64,000 bases of DNA from Planctomycetota bacterium (GTDB taxonomy: Bacteria > Planctomycetota > UBA11346). The stretch spans positions 210,232-274,231 of the forward strand of contig BJHQ01000006.1 in assembly GCA_014193115.1 (NCBI GenBank). The letters are read 5' to 3'. Below are positions 48,263 to 60,500 of this stretch, piece by piece. Every line of letters starts with the position of its first letter. Position 1 is the stretch's first letter. The position numbers and the translations under genes are program-made. The notes beneath the pieces were generated by a model that did no database searches, had not been told where the DNA came from, and saw only the letters and a list, made by a program, of their open reading frames with translations.

Positions 48263-48964
48263 TACAGCACCCGCAGATCCCCATGCACCGGGAAGGGCAG
48301 GTTCGCCGGCAGCGGGGCGTTGCCTGGGCGCATCAGCACCACTGCGTTGCAGCCGGCGGCGGCGGCGGCGTGGGCTTCGCCGGGCTGGTCGGTGGCGAAG
48401 GTGATCTCGCTCGGGGCGACGCCGAGCGACGCAGCGATGGCGGTGTAGCTGGCGGCCTCGCGCTTAGGTCCGGTGGTGGTGTCGAAATAGGCCGTGATGT
48501 ACGGGCGCAGGTCGCCGGCATCGCTATAGCCGAAGATCAGTTTCTGGGCCAGCACCGATCCGCTGGAATAGATCGCGACTTTTTTACCGGCAGCGGTCCA
48601 GGCGCGGAACTGCGCTGGAACGTCGGCATAGACCTGGCCGCGCACGACGCCGGATTCGTAGCCGTGCTGCCAGACCAGACCCTGGAGCTGCTTCAGGCCG
48701 GTGGCCTTGATGTCGCCCGCCATCTGCCGGCGGACCACGGCCAGGGCCAGATCGCTCGGGGACTGATGTTGGGATCGCTCCTCGGGGTTGGCGTCTTTGG
48801 CGATCAGCGCGATCGCCGCAGCGACCTCAGGACGCTGGTGATGTGCGGCGATGAATGACGGGATTGCCGCTGCGGCATAGGGGAACAGCACGTCGGTGAC
48901 GAAACTGATCGGCGTGGTGGTGCCTTCGATATCGAGAAGGATGACAGCGGTCATGGGATGCTCG
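48262..48964 (-). CDS. mtnC: Enolase-phosphatase E1-like HAD hydrolase (methionine salvage)
   Basis: MTAVILLDIEGTTTPISFV is the HAD motif I (DxEGT), matching the MtnC N-terminus; ...VAIYSSGS... follows. Confidence 0.7.
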
Positions 48965-49009
48965 GGGCCAAGGGATGGGAATGCATTATCGTGCCGCTGG
49001 CGTTGCGAC

Positions 49010-49745
49010 GATGTCGGTGGATCGGGCCGCACGGAGTCCGGCGCTCCGCGCTGATGGGCGCTCCGCGCTCAAGGCGGACATCGCTCGCGCATTCCGCCAG
49101 CGACGGATCCCGGAGCGCCGCACTCTGTGCGGCCGCATCACCACGGATGTCACTCCAACGCAGCGACGAAGCGACGCTGCTAGCGGAATCAGCGTGCTAT
49201 TTTGAGCCCCTGACCCCTGGCCCGTGGCCCCTGGCCTACCGCTGGGGGTTGCGACGACGCTGGTGGATCGGGCCGCACGGAGTGCGGCGCTCCGCGCTGA
49301 TGGGCGCTCCGCGCTCAAGGCGGACATCGCTCGCGCATTCCGCCAGCGACGGATCCCGGAGCGCCGCACTCTGTGCGGCCGCATCACCACGGATGTCACT
49401 CCAACGCAGCGACGAAGCGACGCTGCTAGCGGAATCAGCGTGCTATATTGAGCCCCTGACCCCTGGCCCGTGGCTCCTGGCCTACCGCTGGGGTTTGCGA
49501 CGACGCTGGTGGATCGGGCCGCACGGAGTGCGGCGCTCCGTGCGAATGGGCGCTCCGCGCTCATGGCGGACATCGTTGGCGCATTCCGCCAGCGACGGAT
49601 CCCATTCCGCCAGCGACGGATCCCGGAGCGCCGCACTCTGTGCGGCCGCATCACCACGGATGCCGCCCCAACGCAGCGACGAAGCGACGCTGCTAGCGGA
49701 ATCAGCGTGCTATTTTGAGCCTCTGGCCCCTGGCCCCTGGCCCCC
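49010..49745. repeat. Three tandem about-246-bp units of a REP-related palindromic element
   Basis: Each unit has GGGCCGCACGGAGTGCGGCGCTCCG ... CCGGAGCGCCGCACTCTGTGCGGCC inverted partners with a longer, different spacer. Period measured from GGATCGGGCC at 49018, 49265 and 49511. Confidence 0.75.
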
Positions 49746-49752
49746 GGCACCT

Positions 49753-51444
49753 TCAGCGCCATGCGATGATCGCCAGCTCACCAGGTGCGAAATCGACCTG
49801 CCAGCCGTCGCCTTCGGGGGTTGCCGGAAGCGCGGCGATGATCGCGCCATCGGGCATCACCCGGGCGGCTTCGCGGCAGGCGATGAACCAGGTCGCCCGG
49901 CCGCGGCTGCCGGCTTGTTCCGCCAGCAGCACGGCGCCGCGCCAATCCTTGATCCGTCTGGCCCACAACGGGACGACTCCGCCGAGATCGGTGAAACGCC
50001 ATGGCGCGGTCCGTTCGCCCGCGGTGGAGGCCCGGGCCGGGCAGGCGAGGTGCTGGGCGAGCTGGCCGAGGTTCAGCCGGCCGTCACCGCGCGGTCCAGC
50101 GATGGCATACTGCACGTTGCCTTCGACCGCGACCTCGAGATGGCCGGACTCGGCCCGCACCGCCAGCGGGCGGGCGCCGACTACCGCCAGGCTGCGGCCA
50201 CCGGAATCGCCCAGGCTGGCCCAGCGGATGCCGCGGACCGGATCGCACGAGCTGAAAAGGCTGGCTTTGGCCGGGATGCTCCACCGCCCGCCGTCGCCGG
50301 AACACCAGAGGTCACCGGCACGGTGGCCGGTGGGGTGGACGAGCACCGGCGGTTCGCTGTGGGCCTGATCGCCGCTGGCGGTCCAGGCGGCCTGGACGCG
50401 GAGCACGTCTTCGTGGGCGTGGAGCTCGTAGCGCACGCTCAAGGTCCCGCCCAGACAGCGCCGCTCGACCACGACCAGGCCGCGCACCGGGCCGGCCTCA
50501 GCGACGGTGACGGTGGTTTCGCCGGTCAACGGCAACCCGTCGCGGCGCGGCGCCACCGCCGGTCCGATCAAGTCGGCGAAGCGACCATCCCAGCACAGCC
50601 GGCTGACATGACCAAGGGCGTCGAACTCGGCCCGGACCACGCCGTTGTCGAGCACGGTGGCGGAGACCTCCCAGTTGGGTTCGGCCACCGGCTCGCTTTC
50701 GCCGGTCAGGGCCAGGCCTTGCAGCGCATCGAGCTGGAAGCTGACCAGCAATTCGCGGGATCCGTCGGGAAGATCAACCACCTGCACCGGCGCCTGGCGG
50801 CCATCGGCAGCGCGCAGCGCCCACGGCGGACGCTGGTCGCCGGCGGGCAGCACGGTCAGCGCCCGGCGCGCGAACGGCAAGGGATTCCACAGGCTGGGAT
50901 GGCGCGGATCGCCGCGGGTGGTGCGTCCGGGCGGCATCGGCAGCGGCCGGTCGAAGTCGCCGCTGGTCAGACCGGCGGAGGCGAGCAGGTGGTCCCAGGT
51001 CGCCGATTCGTCGGCCGGCGGCTCGTCGGCGAGCAGCGCGGTGGCGTCTTCGAGCCGGGCGAGGTCGAGCAGGGCGTAGAGCGCCGCCGGATCGTGCTGG
51101 TCGGCTGGCGGAACCGGCGCCGGCAGGTTGCCGACGTGCAGCGGCAGACCGGCAGGATCGTCGTCGAGATCGTCGCCCACCACCCGGACCCGGGCGCCGC
51201 CGAGACCTTCCCAGCGGAAACCGTCATAGGGCAGATCGTCGCGTTCCGGCAAGCGCACGGTCTCGATGCCGCCCAGGCGCAGCGCATCGGGCAGCACGCC
51301 GTTGCCATCGGGAAGATGCGGGATCGCGACCAGCGGCCGGCGGGCGTCAGCCACGGCGCGGGCGCGGATCCGTTCGCACCAGCGCAGCAGCAGGGGCAAG
51401 GGTGGGGCGATGCCATCCACCAAGGGCAGCAGCGGATCGGCCAT
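49753..51444 (-). CDS. Hypothetical protein (563 aa; beta-rich, possibly glycosidase accessory/C-terminal-domain-like)
   Basis: Long ORF with no convincing catalytic motif by eye. Called coding because its antisense partner shows repeat-derived composition. Confidence 0.45.
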   Translation of the reverse strand: MADPLLPLVDGIAPPLPLLLRWCERIRARAVADARRPLVAIPHLPDGNGVLPDALRLGGIETVRLPERDDLPYDGFRWEGLGGARVRVVGDDLDDDPAGLPLHVGNLPAPVPPADQHDPAALYALLDLARLEDATALLADEPPADESATWDHLLASAGLTSGDFDRPLPMPPGRTTRGDPRHPSLWNPLPFARRALTVLPAGDQRPPWALRAADGRQAPVQVVDLPDGSRELLVSFQLDALQGLALTGESEPVAEPNWEVSATVLDNGVVRAEFDALGHVSRLCWDGRFADLIGPAVAPRRDGLPLTGETTVTVAEAGPVRGLVVVERRCLGGTLSVRYELHAHEDVLRVQAAWTASGDQAHSEPPVLVHPTGHRAGDLWCSGDGGRWSIPAKASLFSSCDPVRGIRWASLGDSGGRSLAVVGARPLAVRAESGHLEVAVEGNVQYAIAGPRGDGRLNLGQLAQHLACPARASTAGERTAPWRFTDLGGVVPLWARRIKDWRGAVLLAEQAGSRGRATWFIACREAARVMPDGAIIAALPATPEGDGWQVDFAPGELAIIAWR

Positions 51445-51496
51445 GCCGGTCAGGCTCGCGCAGGAAGTGCCGAGTCAACCGCACGGCGCCCTGGGC

Positions 51497-52777
51497 TCAA
51501 CGTTCGCGCATCGGGTCGGCTCGCGGTCCGGTGGCGATGCGCCCGTCGTTCAGGGTCGCGCCATGGCCATCGAGCCGGGATGGCGGCGCCGGCCAGTCCA
51601 CCGCCGGGATGTCAGTGGCGCCGTCGATCGACAGTCCGCAGGCGCCGATGGCGGAACGCCAGCATGCCAGGCGCCGTTCGCGCAGCACCGGCCCAGCCAG
51701 CTCGCAGCGGATCCGCCGTCCCGAACCTTCGTACACCAGGTCGCTCCCGGTGATCGTGATGGTGGTCATGCCGCAGCGGGCGGTGAGGCTCCAACCGGGC
51801 TCGGACGGACGGATGGTGACGGCCATGGTCCAGCGCCCGGCCAGCGGATCGGGATCGATCAGCCACGGCAGCGGTGGCCGGGGGTCGATCAGGTCGAGAC
51901 TGCGGTAGCCTGCCGCACTGCCGTCCAGCGCCTGGCCTTGGACGATCACCGACGGCATGGCTCCCACCGGACGCCACTCTCCGTGGCCCTGGTGGACCGC
52001 CGCAGCGCCGTGGCCGGCGATCACCTCGGCGATGGCGTCGGCCCCGCTGTCGAGCCGCAGCTGGCCCTCGGGCAGGCCCAGCGCCATGGTCCCGTCGCCA
52101 ACCGTCGCCTGGAGCCAGCCGCTGGCCAGCGACAGGCCATCTGACACCGGCACCAGGCTGGCCGGACCGCTGATCTCGGCCCGGGTTCCGCCATCCCACA
52201 GCAGCACCAGCCGGGCTCCGGCGGCCAGGGCCACTGGCCGCGGACCCAACCGGCTGCCGGCGACGACGGTGGAGCCGCCGGCGCTGGCGGCGCCGACCAC
52301 CGACACCACCCGCACCGGGGCCTGGGCCGGCGCCAGCAGCCAGCCGGTCCCGATCGCGAGCAGGACCGAGGCGAAGCCGGCGACCACCGCCATCCGCAAT
52401 CCCCGTGGACGCGGCGGCGGCGATTTGATCTCGGACAGGCCGGGCCGTCGGCCGCCGAGCCGGGCGAACAGGTTGGCCAGGAATCCGCGATCGCGATCGC
52501 GACCAGCGGCGGTGGTCGCCGCGACCTTCATTGCCACCTGGCCGGGATAGGCCTCATTGAGCGCCAGGCGCAGGTCGATGTCGGTGGTGATCGCCTGCCA
52601 GGCGACCCGGGCGGCGGCGCGACCGGCCTCGCCGGGGGCCACCAGCAACCCATGCAGCCGGGCCAGTCCGGCATCGTCGATCTCGTGCCGGGCGAAGGCT
52701 CCGGCGAGGGCGAAGACCTCGGCGGCGTCGGGATGGGCGTGGTCGTCCGCCGCCGATGGTGCGGCCGGATCGTTCAC
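51497..52777 (-). CDS. Putative anti-sigma factor (FecR-like, single TM)
   Basis: Immediately downstream of the ECF sigma, with a 5-nt gap. A cytoplasmic N-terminal domain is followed by the TM LRMAVVAGFASVLLAIGTGWLL and a periplasmic beta-rich domain. Confidence 0.6.
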   Translation of the reverse strand: MNDPAAPSAADDHAHPDAAEVFALAGAFARHEIDDAGLARLHGLLVAPGEAGRAAARVAWQAITTDIDLRLALNEAYPGQVAMKVAATTAAGRDRDRGFLANLFARLGGRRPGLSEIKSPPPRPRGLRMAVVAGFASVLLAIGTGWLLAPAQAPVRVVSVVGAASAGGSTVVAGSRLGPRPVALAAGARLVLLWDGGTRAEISGPASLVPVSDGLSLASGWLQATVGDGTMALGLPEGQLRLDSGADAIAEVIAGHGAAAVHQGHGEWRPVGAMPSVIVQGQALDGSAAGYRSLDLIDPRPPLPWLIDPDPLAGRWTMAVTIRPSEPGWSLTARCGMTTITITGSDLVYEGSGRRIRCELAGPVLRERRLACWRSAIGACGLSIDGATDIPAVDWPAPPSRLDGHGATLNDGRIATGPRADPMRER

Positions 52778-52781
52778 GGGC

Positions 52782-53339
52782 TCACGCGGTCGCCAGGCGC
52801 CGCTCGATGCAGGTGCGCAGAGCGCGTTGGATGCGGCTCAGACGCTGACGGCAGGCATCCGGGGCCAGACCGCTGGCGGTGGCGGCATCGCCGGTGCTCA
52901 GGCCCTGGCCATGGACCAGGTCGAGCAGTTGGCGATGCGGAGGAGCGAGTTCGGTCAGGCACAGGCGCAGGGCGGCGAGGCGGTCGCCGGTGCCGGCGAC
53001 ATCCTCAGCGAGGTCGCGGTGGCGGAGCAGCTCATGGCGCACCAGATCGTCAAGATGGCGCTGGTCGCGATCGGCGCGACGGTGATGCTCAGTCAGTTGA
53101 TTGCGGGCGATGGCGATCAGCCACGCCCGTGGGCTGGTGCCGGGACGGTAGTGGCTGCGCTGGGTCCAGGCGCGGACAAAGGCTTCTTGCGCCAGCTCGT
53201 CGGCCAGCTCGGTGTCGGCGGTCTCGCGGAGCAGGATCGAGCGCAGCAGATGATGGGTGCCCTCGACCACCCGCGCGAACGCCTGCTGGTCGCCGGTGGC
53301 CTGGGCCTGGGTCATCCATTGGTCGAGGTCATCAGCCAT
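52782..53339 (-). CDS. ECF-subfamily RNA polymerase sigma-70 factor
   Basis: Region 2 (ELAQEAFVRAWTQRSHY) and region 4 (LSTGDAATASGLAPDACRQRLSRIQRALRTCI). Confidence 0.85.
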   Translation of the reverse strand: MADDLDQWMTQAQATGDQQAFARVVEGTHHLLRSILLRETADTELADELAQEAFVRAWTQRSHYRPGTSPRAWLIAIARNQLTEHHRRADRDQRHLDDLVRHELLRHRDLAEDVAGTGDRLAALRLCLTELAPPHRQLLDLVHGQGLSTGDAATASGLAPDACRQRLSRIQRALRTCIERRLATA

Positions 53340-53482
53340 GCAACGATCCTACCACCTTCCCGGCATTCCGGCCAATGCCACTACCGTGGACCGGACGCGA
53401 TGTTGACCACGCCGTGGCCGCCTGCGATCGCAGCGGATTGTCACAGCCGACTTTGCCATCCGTTGATGGAGGTGGAGGGAAC

Positions 53483-54529
<1,047 letters not shown>

Positions 54530-54532
54530 GCG

Positions 54533-55417
54533 ATGGCCCTGCTCCGCGACCTGCAGGAGGACGTCCTCTCCCGCCTGTCCCGGGTCTCGGTGGCGGCGCG
54601 CCAAGCGGTGGAGCATCCCCTGGCTGGCAGCCACCGCAGTCTGCGCCGCGGGATGTCGGTGGAGTTCGCCGGACATCGCGCCTACCAGCCCGGCGACGAT
54701 CCGCGGCACATCGACTGGCAATTGTGGGCACGGACCGATCGGCTGGATCTGCGCCAATACGAAGAAGACGCCCGCCTGCGCGCCACCCTGGCGGTGGATT
54801 GCTCGGGTTCGATGGGCTACGGCAGCGGTGCCAAGCTGGCCTTCGCCCGGGCCCTGGCTGGTGCCCTTGGCTGGCTGCTGGTGCGCTCTGGCGACGCTGT
54901 CGGCCTGGCCCTGTTCGACACTGTGCTGCGCCGCGAACTGCCGCCACGGGCGACCATGGGCCACCTGGTCGAAGTGCTCAGCGCCCTGGAAAACACCGCG
55001 CCGGGCGGCGAGACCAGCCTGGGCGGGGTGCTTGAAACCCTGGCCGGGCGCCTGCCCCGGCGCGGCCTGGTGGTGCTGATCAGCGATGGCCTCGACGAAC
55101 CGGAACGGCTGCTCCGCGCCCTGCGCCTGCTCCGCCACCGACGCCAGGATGTGCGGCTGTTCCTGATCGCCGATCCCGACGAGGAGTCCTTCCCGTTCCG
55201 CGGCGCCTGCTCGTTCCACGGGCTCGAAGGCGAACCGCAGCTGCGCCTCGATGCCGATCGTGCCCGGGCCCCCTACCGCACCGCTTTCGCCGAGCACCGC
55301 CGCCAGCTGACCGCGGGCTGCCACGCCGCCGGCACTGTGCTTCACCCCTGCCGCAGCGACGAGGATCTCGCCCTGCTGCTCGCCCGCGCCCTGGCTCCGG
55401 CCAGGCCGCAACGGTGA
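54533..55417 (+). CDS. DUF58-family protein (second copy)
   Basis: RRGMSVEFAGHRAYQPGDDPRHIDWQLWART...LAVDCSGSMGYG. Confidence 0.85.
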   Translation: MALLRDLQEDVLSRLSRVSVAARQAVEHPLAGSHRSLRRGMSVEFAGHRAYQPGDDPRHIDWQLWARTDRLDLRQYEEDARLRATLAVDCSGSMGYGSGAKLAFARALAGALGWLLVRSGDAVGLALFDTVLRRELPPRATMGHLVEVLSALENTAPGGETSLGGVLETLAGRLPRRGLVVLISDGLDEPERLLRALRLLRHRRQDVRLFLIADPDEESFPFRGACSFHGLEGEPQLRLDADRARAPYRTAFAEHRRQLTAGCHAAGTVLHPCRSDEDLALLLARALAPARPQR

Positions 55418-55421
55418 ACTC

Positions 55422-57587
55422 GTGCTGCTGCTCAATTCCCTGCTGCTCGGCGGAATGGCCGCGACCGGCATCCCGATCGCGATCCACCTGCTCCATCGCG
55501 CCCGCCACCGCCGGGTCGATTGGGGAGCGATGCGCCTGCTGCTGGCGATCCCGGCCTCGACCCGGCGGCGGCTGCTGATCGAACAGTTGCTGCTGATGGC
55601 GATCCGCTGCCTGGCCCTGGCCTGCCTCGCCTTCGCCCTGACCCGGCCCCTGCTCGAATCCGCCTCGGTCGCCGGGCGGATCGAGCGCAACGGCGCGGTG
55701 GCCGCTGTGGTGCTGATCGACGACTCGGTCTCCACCGCCTCCGGAGCCGAATCCGGCGAGTCCCGGATCACCGGCCTGCGCCACCTGGCCACCACCTACC
55801 TCGACACCCTGCGGCCAGGCGACGAGGTCAGCGTGCTGCGCCTGTCGCAGCTCGCCGCGCCGACCTCTGATCCGCTGTTCGATCTCGGCGCCGCCCGCCG
55901 CCTGGTCGATGCGGTCCAGCCCAGCGCTGCGGCCAGCGATTGGCCGGCGCTGCTCGATGCCGGACTGGCCCAGCTCGGCCGGCATCTGAATCCGGCGGCG
56001 GAAATCGTCCTGGTCCACGATGGCGGTGGCGGTTGGCAGGCCGAGGCCTCGGCGCGGTGGGCGGCGATCCTGCGCCGGCTGCGCGGCGGCTCCGGCGATG
56101 CCGATGGCAGCCGGGCCCGGCCGCGCCTGGTGCTGCTCGGCGGACCGCGGCCGAGCGCCCCCGGCCTGTTCTGGCGCAACCTGGCGGTGGCCGGGATCAC
56201 CGCCGATCGCACGTTGATTCCCAAGGACGCGCGGGTCGCCTTGCGGGTGCGGATCACGGTCGCTGGCGGCCGGCCGCCGGCCGGATCGCTGCTCCGCCTG
56301 CAACTCGACCAGCGGGTGGTCGATGAACGGCCGCTGTCCGCGGCGGAAGGCGATCTGGAACTGGTCGTCCCGGTGACCTTCCCCGACGCCGGAGAGCACA
56401 TCGTCTTGGCGTCCATCATCGGCGCCCGCGATGATCTGGCGGCGGATGATGCCAGGTCATTGGCGGTCGAGGTCGTCGATCGGCTCGGGGTGCTGGTGAT
56501 CGACGGCCGGCCAGGCCCGGGTCTGCGCTCCAGTGGAGCCTGCGCCGCCCTCGCCCTCGATCCCGGCGGCCGCGAACCGACACCGTTCCGGGTCGAGCGC
56601 GCCGGCAGCGAAGCGGTGACCGCCCGCCGCCTCGAACAGGTCCGCGCCGCGGTGCTGTGCGATGTCGCCGCCCTCGACGCCGACGCCGCCGCCGACCTCG
56701 AACGCTGGGTTGCCGGAGGCGGCGGTCTGCTGGTGGCGGTCGGACCGGCCACCGATCCGGTCCACGTCAATCGCCGCTGGGCCAGGGAGGGCGATGGTTT
56801 CCTACCCGCAACGCTGGGCGCCCGCGGCGAGGCCGAACGCGGCGAACTGCCTGCGCCGGCCCTGCCCAGCCATCCGGCGCTGTCCGCCTTCGCCGGCGCC
56901 GGCCCCCAGGCGTGGGAAGGCGCCCTGGTCCGCACCTGGCTGCATCTCGACCTGCCGCCAGGCAGTGACGTGGCGGTGCCGCTGCGGCTGTCCGGCGGTG
57001 AGCCGCTGCTGGTCGTGCGCCGACGCGGACTGGGCCAATCGGCGCTGCTCGCCACCAGCCTCGACCCGGCCTGGGGCGACCTGTGCCTGCGTCCGGCCTT
57101 CGTTCCGCTGCTGCGCAATCTGGTCGGCCACCTCGCCATGCCGCTGATGCCGCCGCGCAACCTGCGCCCTGGTGAACGCCTGGCGTTGACCATCGACGGC
57201 CTGCCCGGCGACCCGGCGGCGGTGGGGCCGGATGGAGCGGTCCTTCCCCTCGAACCGTCGACCTGGGAAGGCATGCGCGTGGCGATGAGCGCTCCGCTGG
57301 CGGTGCCGGGCGGCTACCGGGTGCGGGCCGGCGAGCGCAGCTTCGCCTTCGCCTGCGCCCTCGACCCCGCCGAATCGCTGGCTCCGGCCCCGCCACCGGC
57401 AGACCTGTTCGCCGGCCTGGCGATGCTGTCCCTCGACAACGCGCAGGCGGTCAGCGAGGTGTTCTCCGCCGCCGACACCACCGGCCGTGAACTGTGGCCG
57501 TGGCTGGTCGCAGCGATGATCTCCCTGCTCTTCGCCGAGACCTTGGTCACCCGCTCGGTCCACCGCCGCGAGACGGGGAATCCATGA
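55422..57587 (+). CDS. BatA_N-domain (aerotolerance-regulator N-terminal) membrane protein with vWA-like region, 721 aa
   Basis: MLLLNSLLLGGMAATGIPIAIHLLHRARHRRVDWGAMRLLL is the BatA N-terminal double-TM signature. AVVLIDDSVSTASG is MIDAS-like. A C-terminal TM is present. Confidence 0.7.
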   Translation: MLLLNSLLLGGMAATGIPIAIHLLHRARHRRVDWGAMRLLLAIPASTRRRLLIEQLLLMAIRCLALACLAFALTRPLLESASVAGRIERNGAVAAVVLIDDSVSTASGAESGESRITGLRHLATTYLDTLRPGDEVSVLRLSQLAAPTSDPLFDLGAARRLVDAVQPSAAASDWPALLDAGLAQLGRHLNPAAEIVLVHDGGGGWQAEASARWAAILRRLRGGSGDADGSRARPRLVLLGGPRPSAPGLFWRNLAVAGITADRTLIPKDARVALRVRITVAGGRPPAGSLLRLQLDQRVVDERPLSAAEGDLELVVPVTFPDAGEHIVLASIIGARDDLAADDARSLAVEVVDRLGVLVIDGRPGPGLRSSGACAALALDPGGREPTPFRVERAGSEAVTARRLEQVRAAVLCDVAALDADAAADLERWVAGGGGLLVAVGPATDPVHVNRRWAREGDGFLPATLGARGEAERGELPAPALPSHPALSAFAGAGPQAWEGALVRTWLHLDLPPGSDVAVPLRLSGGEPLLVVRRRGLGQSALLATSLDPAWGDLCLRPAFVPLLRNLVGHLAMPLMPPRNLRPGERLALTIDGLPGDPAAVGPDGAVLPLEPSTWEGMRVAMSAPLAVPGGYRVRAGERSFAFACALDPAESLAPAPPPADLFAGLAMLSLDNAQAVSEVFSAADTTGRELWPWLVAAMISLLFAETLVTRSVHRRETGNP

Positions 57588-60500
57588 GCGCCTCTGCGAC
57601 CGCAGCGCTGACCACGGCAGCGGCGAGCTCGGTGGCGCTGACCACCGCCATGCCCTGGTGGCTGGTGGTGCCGCCGGCCCTGGTCATCGCCTGGGCCCTG
57701 ATCCGCCTGTCCCGCGAAGAACTGTCGGGGTTGCCCGCATTCACCCGCCGCGGCCTGCTCGGCCTGCGCGGGCTGAGCGTGGCCCTCGTGGTGTTGATGG
57801 TCATGCAGCCGTCGTGCTCGTGGCAGCGCAGCGAACGCGATCCGGCCCCGGTGGCCCTCGTGGTCGATGTGTCAGCGTCGATGGGCGTGCGCGATGGCGG
57901 CATGTCCGCCGGCCGCCGCCTCGACGAGGCCACCGCCCTCGGCCTGGTCCCCGAGACGGCTCGCGACACCGCGCCCCGGCGGACCGCGGCCGCGCTGTCG
58001 GCGCTGCGCGTCGACCTGCCGGCGCTGGCCTCGGGCAGCGGCCAGCCAGAGGTCCACGCCGCCGTCCTCGCGCCGCTGGTCCAGACCCTCGCCGGCCACG
58101 ACGACCTCGGCCGCCAAGTGGCTGACGTCGTTAGCCGGTTGAATGAGGTGATCAGCACCTCGGCCACGTCCGCGGCGGTGGTTGATCCGGCCAATGCCAA
58201 CGCGCTCAGCGATCGTTCCCGCCGCCAGGCAGCGGCTCGGACCCGTCTTGCCGCCCTCGCAGACCAGCTGCCTGCGCTGATCCAGCGCCTGCGCCAGGCC
58301 CAGACCGGCGCCGACGCCAGCCGGGCAAGCGCCACCGACCCTGAGCTGGCCTCATCTCTCGCCGCGGTGGACGCGATGTCGCGCCTGGAACGAGCGCTTT
58401 CCATCGCCGATCGGGTGCGCTCCCGGCTCGGCGATCGGGCCGCGGTCACCGTCCACCGCCTCGACGCCGGCCTGACCCCCATCCCCAAACGCGGCACCCC
58501 GGCGCAACGGTCCGCGGCCCTGCTCGGCGGGCTCGACTTCACCACCGACCACGCCGCCCCGCTCCGCTCCCTCGCTGAGCGCAGCGCGATGCCAGCCGAG
58601 CGCAGCGGTGGACCAGCCGAGCGCAGCGGTGGACCAGCCGAGCGCAGCGCGATGCCAGCCGAGCGCAGCGGTGGACCAGCCGAGCGCAGCGCGATGCCAG
58701 CCGAGCGCAGCGGCGGGGATCTGCCCCAGGCCGTGTTGGTGATCGGCGATGGCCGCGACACCGCCGGCTCCGACGCCGCGCCGGCGGCCCGGGCCCTGCG
58801 TTCCCGGGGGTGCATCGTCCATGCGCTGTGCCTGGGCGACGACCAGCCACCGCGCGATGCGGTGGTGGCGGCGATCGAAGGCGGCGCCGAGTATTTCCGA
58901 GGCGAAACCGTGTGCCTCGATGTCCGGCTGCGCCTGTCGGTGGCCGCCGACGAGGCTTGGGATGTGGTGCTCGCCCGCGACGGCGAGGTGATCGAACGGC
59001 GCCGGGTCAAGCCGACCGGCGATTGGCAGCGCGAACGCTTCGAGTTCCCGGCCGATCGCGGCGGCGTGTGGGCGATCGAGGCCCGCCTTGAGCCCGGTCG
59101 CGCCGACACCGCCATCGGCCACGGCCTGCGCCGCGAGGTCTGGACCACCGGCGACCTGCCGACCCTCGACCGGCTCGATGCCTCCGGCGCGCCGCCGCGG
59201 GCACCGGATTCCGTGGCGACGGTGGCCACCGCCACCGATCCGCCGGAAACCGCTGGCACCAGCTACCGCAGACTGACCGGCTGGCTGACCCCGCCGACCA
59301 CCGGCGACTACCGGATCCAAATCTCTGCTGGTGGTCCGGCCGAGGTCTGGCTGGCAACCTCGGCCGCCGCGGCGGATAGGCGACGAGTCGCATCGTGCCC
59401 CAAGGACGTGGAACCCGGCGTCTTCGACCGGCACCACGAGCAGACCTCGGCGGCTATCGCCCTGCGCGCAGGGGAACGGTATTGGATCGAGGTCCGCCAT
59501 CGCCCGACCCGGCCCGACCGCCTGTGCAGCGTCGGCTGGCGCCGCCCTGACAACGGCACCGACCGGCCGATCCCCACCGAGTACCTGCTGCTGGCCAACT
59601 CCGAACCGGACCGTGCCGGCACCGACCGGGCCGCTGCGACCGTCCTCAGCCAGGCCACCCGCGACAACGATGCCGCCCGGATCGCCATCGCCGTCCACGA
59701 GGATCCGCTCCGGGTCCTGGTGGTCGACAACCAGCCGCGCTGGGAATCCCGCTTCATCGCCAGCCTGCTCGAACGGGACCGGCGGGTGCAGGTGGTGCGC
59801 CGCTACCGCTCGATCCGCTTGCCCCGGGGCGAGGCGGAACTGCTTCCCGACAGCCAGGAAGGCCTCGACCGATTCGATGCGGTGGTCCTCGGCGACCTCC
59901 GCCCGGACGAGCTCCAACCCGGCGACGCCGCCAGGCTGTCTTCATTCGTCCGCCGGCGCGGCGGATTCCTGGTCTGCCTGGCCGGCGAGCGGGCGATGCC
60001 CGGCATGTGGCTGCTCTCGCCTCTCGCTGAAGTGCTGCCGGTTCGTTCCGCGCCACCGGCCACCGGATCCGGCCGCGATGCCCCGGAGACCAGGGAATCT
60101 CCTGGGAAGACTCCGGCTGCCGCCAATGGCGAGTCCCGCCTGCGCCTGACCATCGCCGGCGAATCGAACCCGATCACCGCGATCCTGGATGACCGGCGGC
60201 TCAACCAGCGCTTGTGGCCGGCACTGCCCGCGATGGCCCGGATCGCCAGGGAAGTCAACGCCAAGACCGCGGCAGAGGTCCTGGTCGAAACCGACGAGCG
60301 CCAGCCGGTGCCGGTGGTGGCGATCCTGCGCGCCGGCGCCGGCCGGGTGCTGTGGCTGGGCAGCGACGAGAGCTTCCGCTGGCGCGACCGGGTCGGCGAG
60401 CGGGTCCACCAGTCGTTCTGGCTGCAAGCCACACGCTGGGGCCTGGCGGCGCGGCTGCGCGGTAGCGACGAACGCCTGCAAGTGGCCCTTGATCGCGCCG

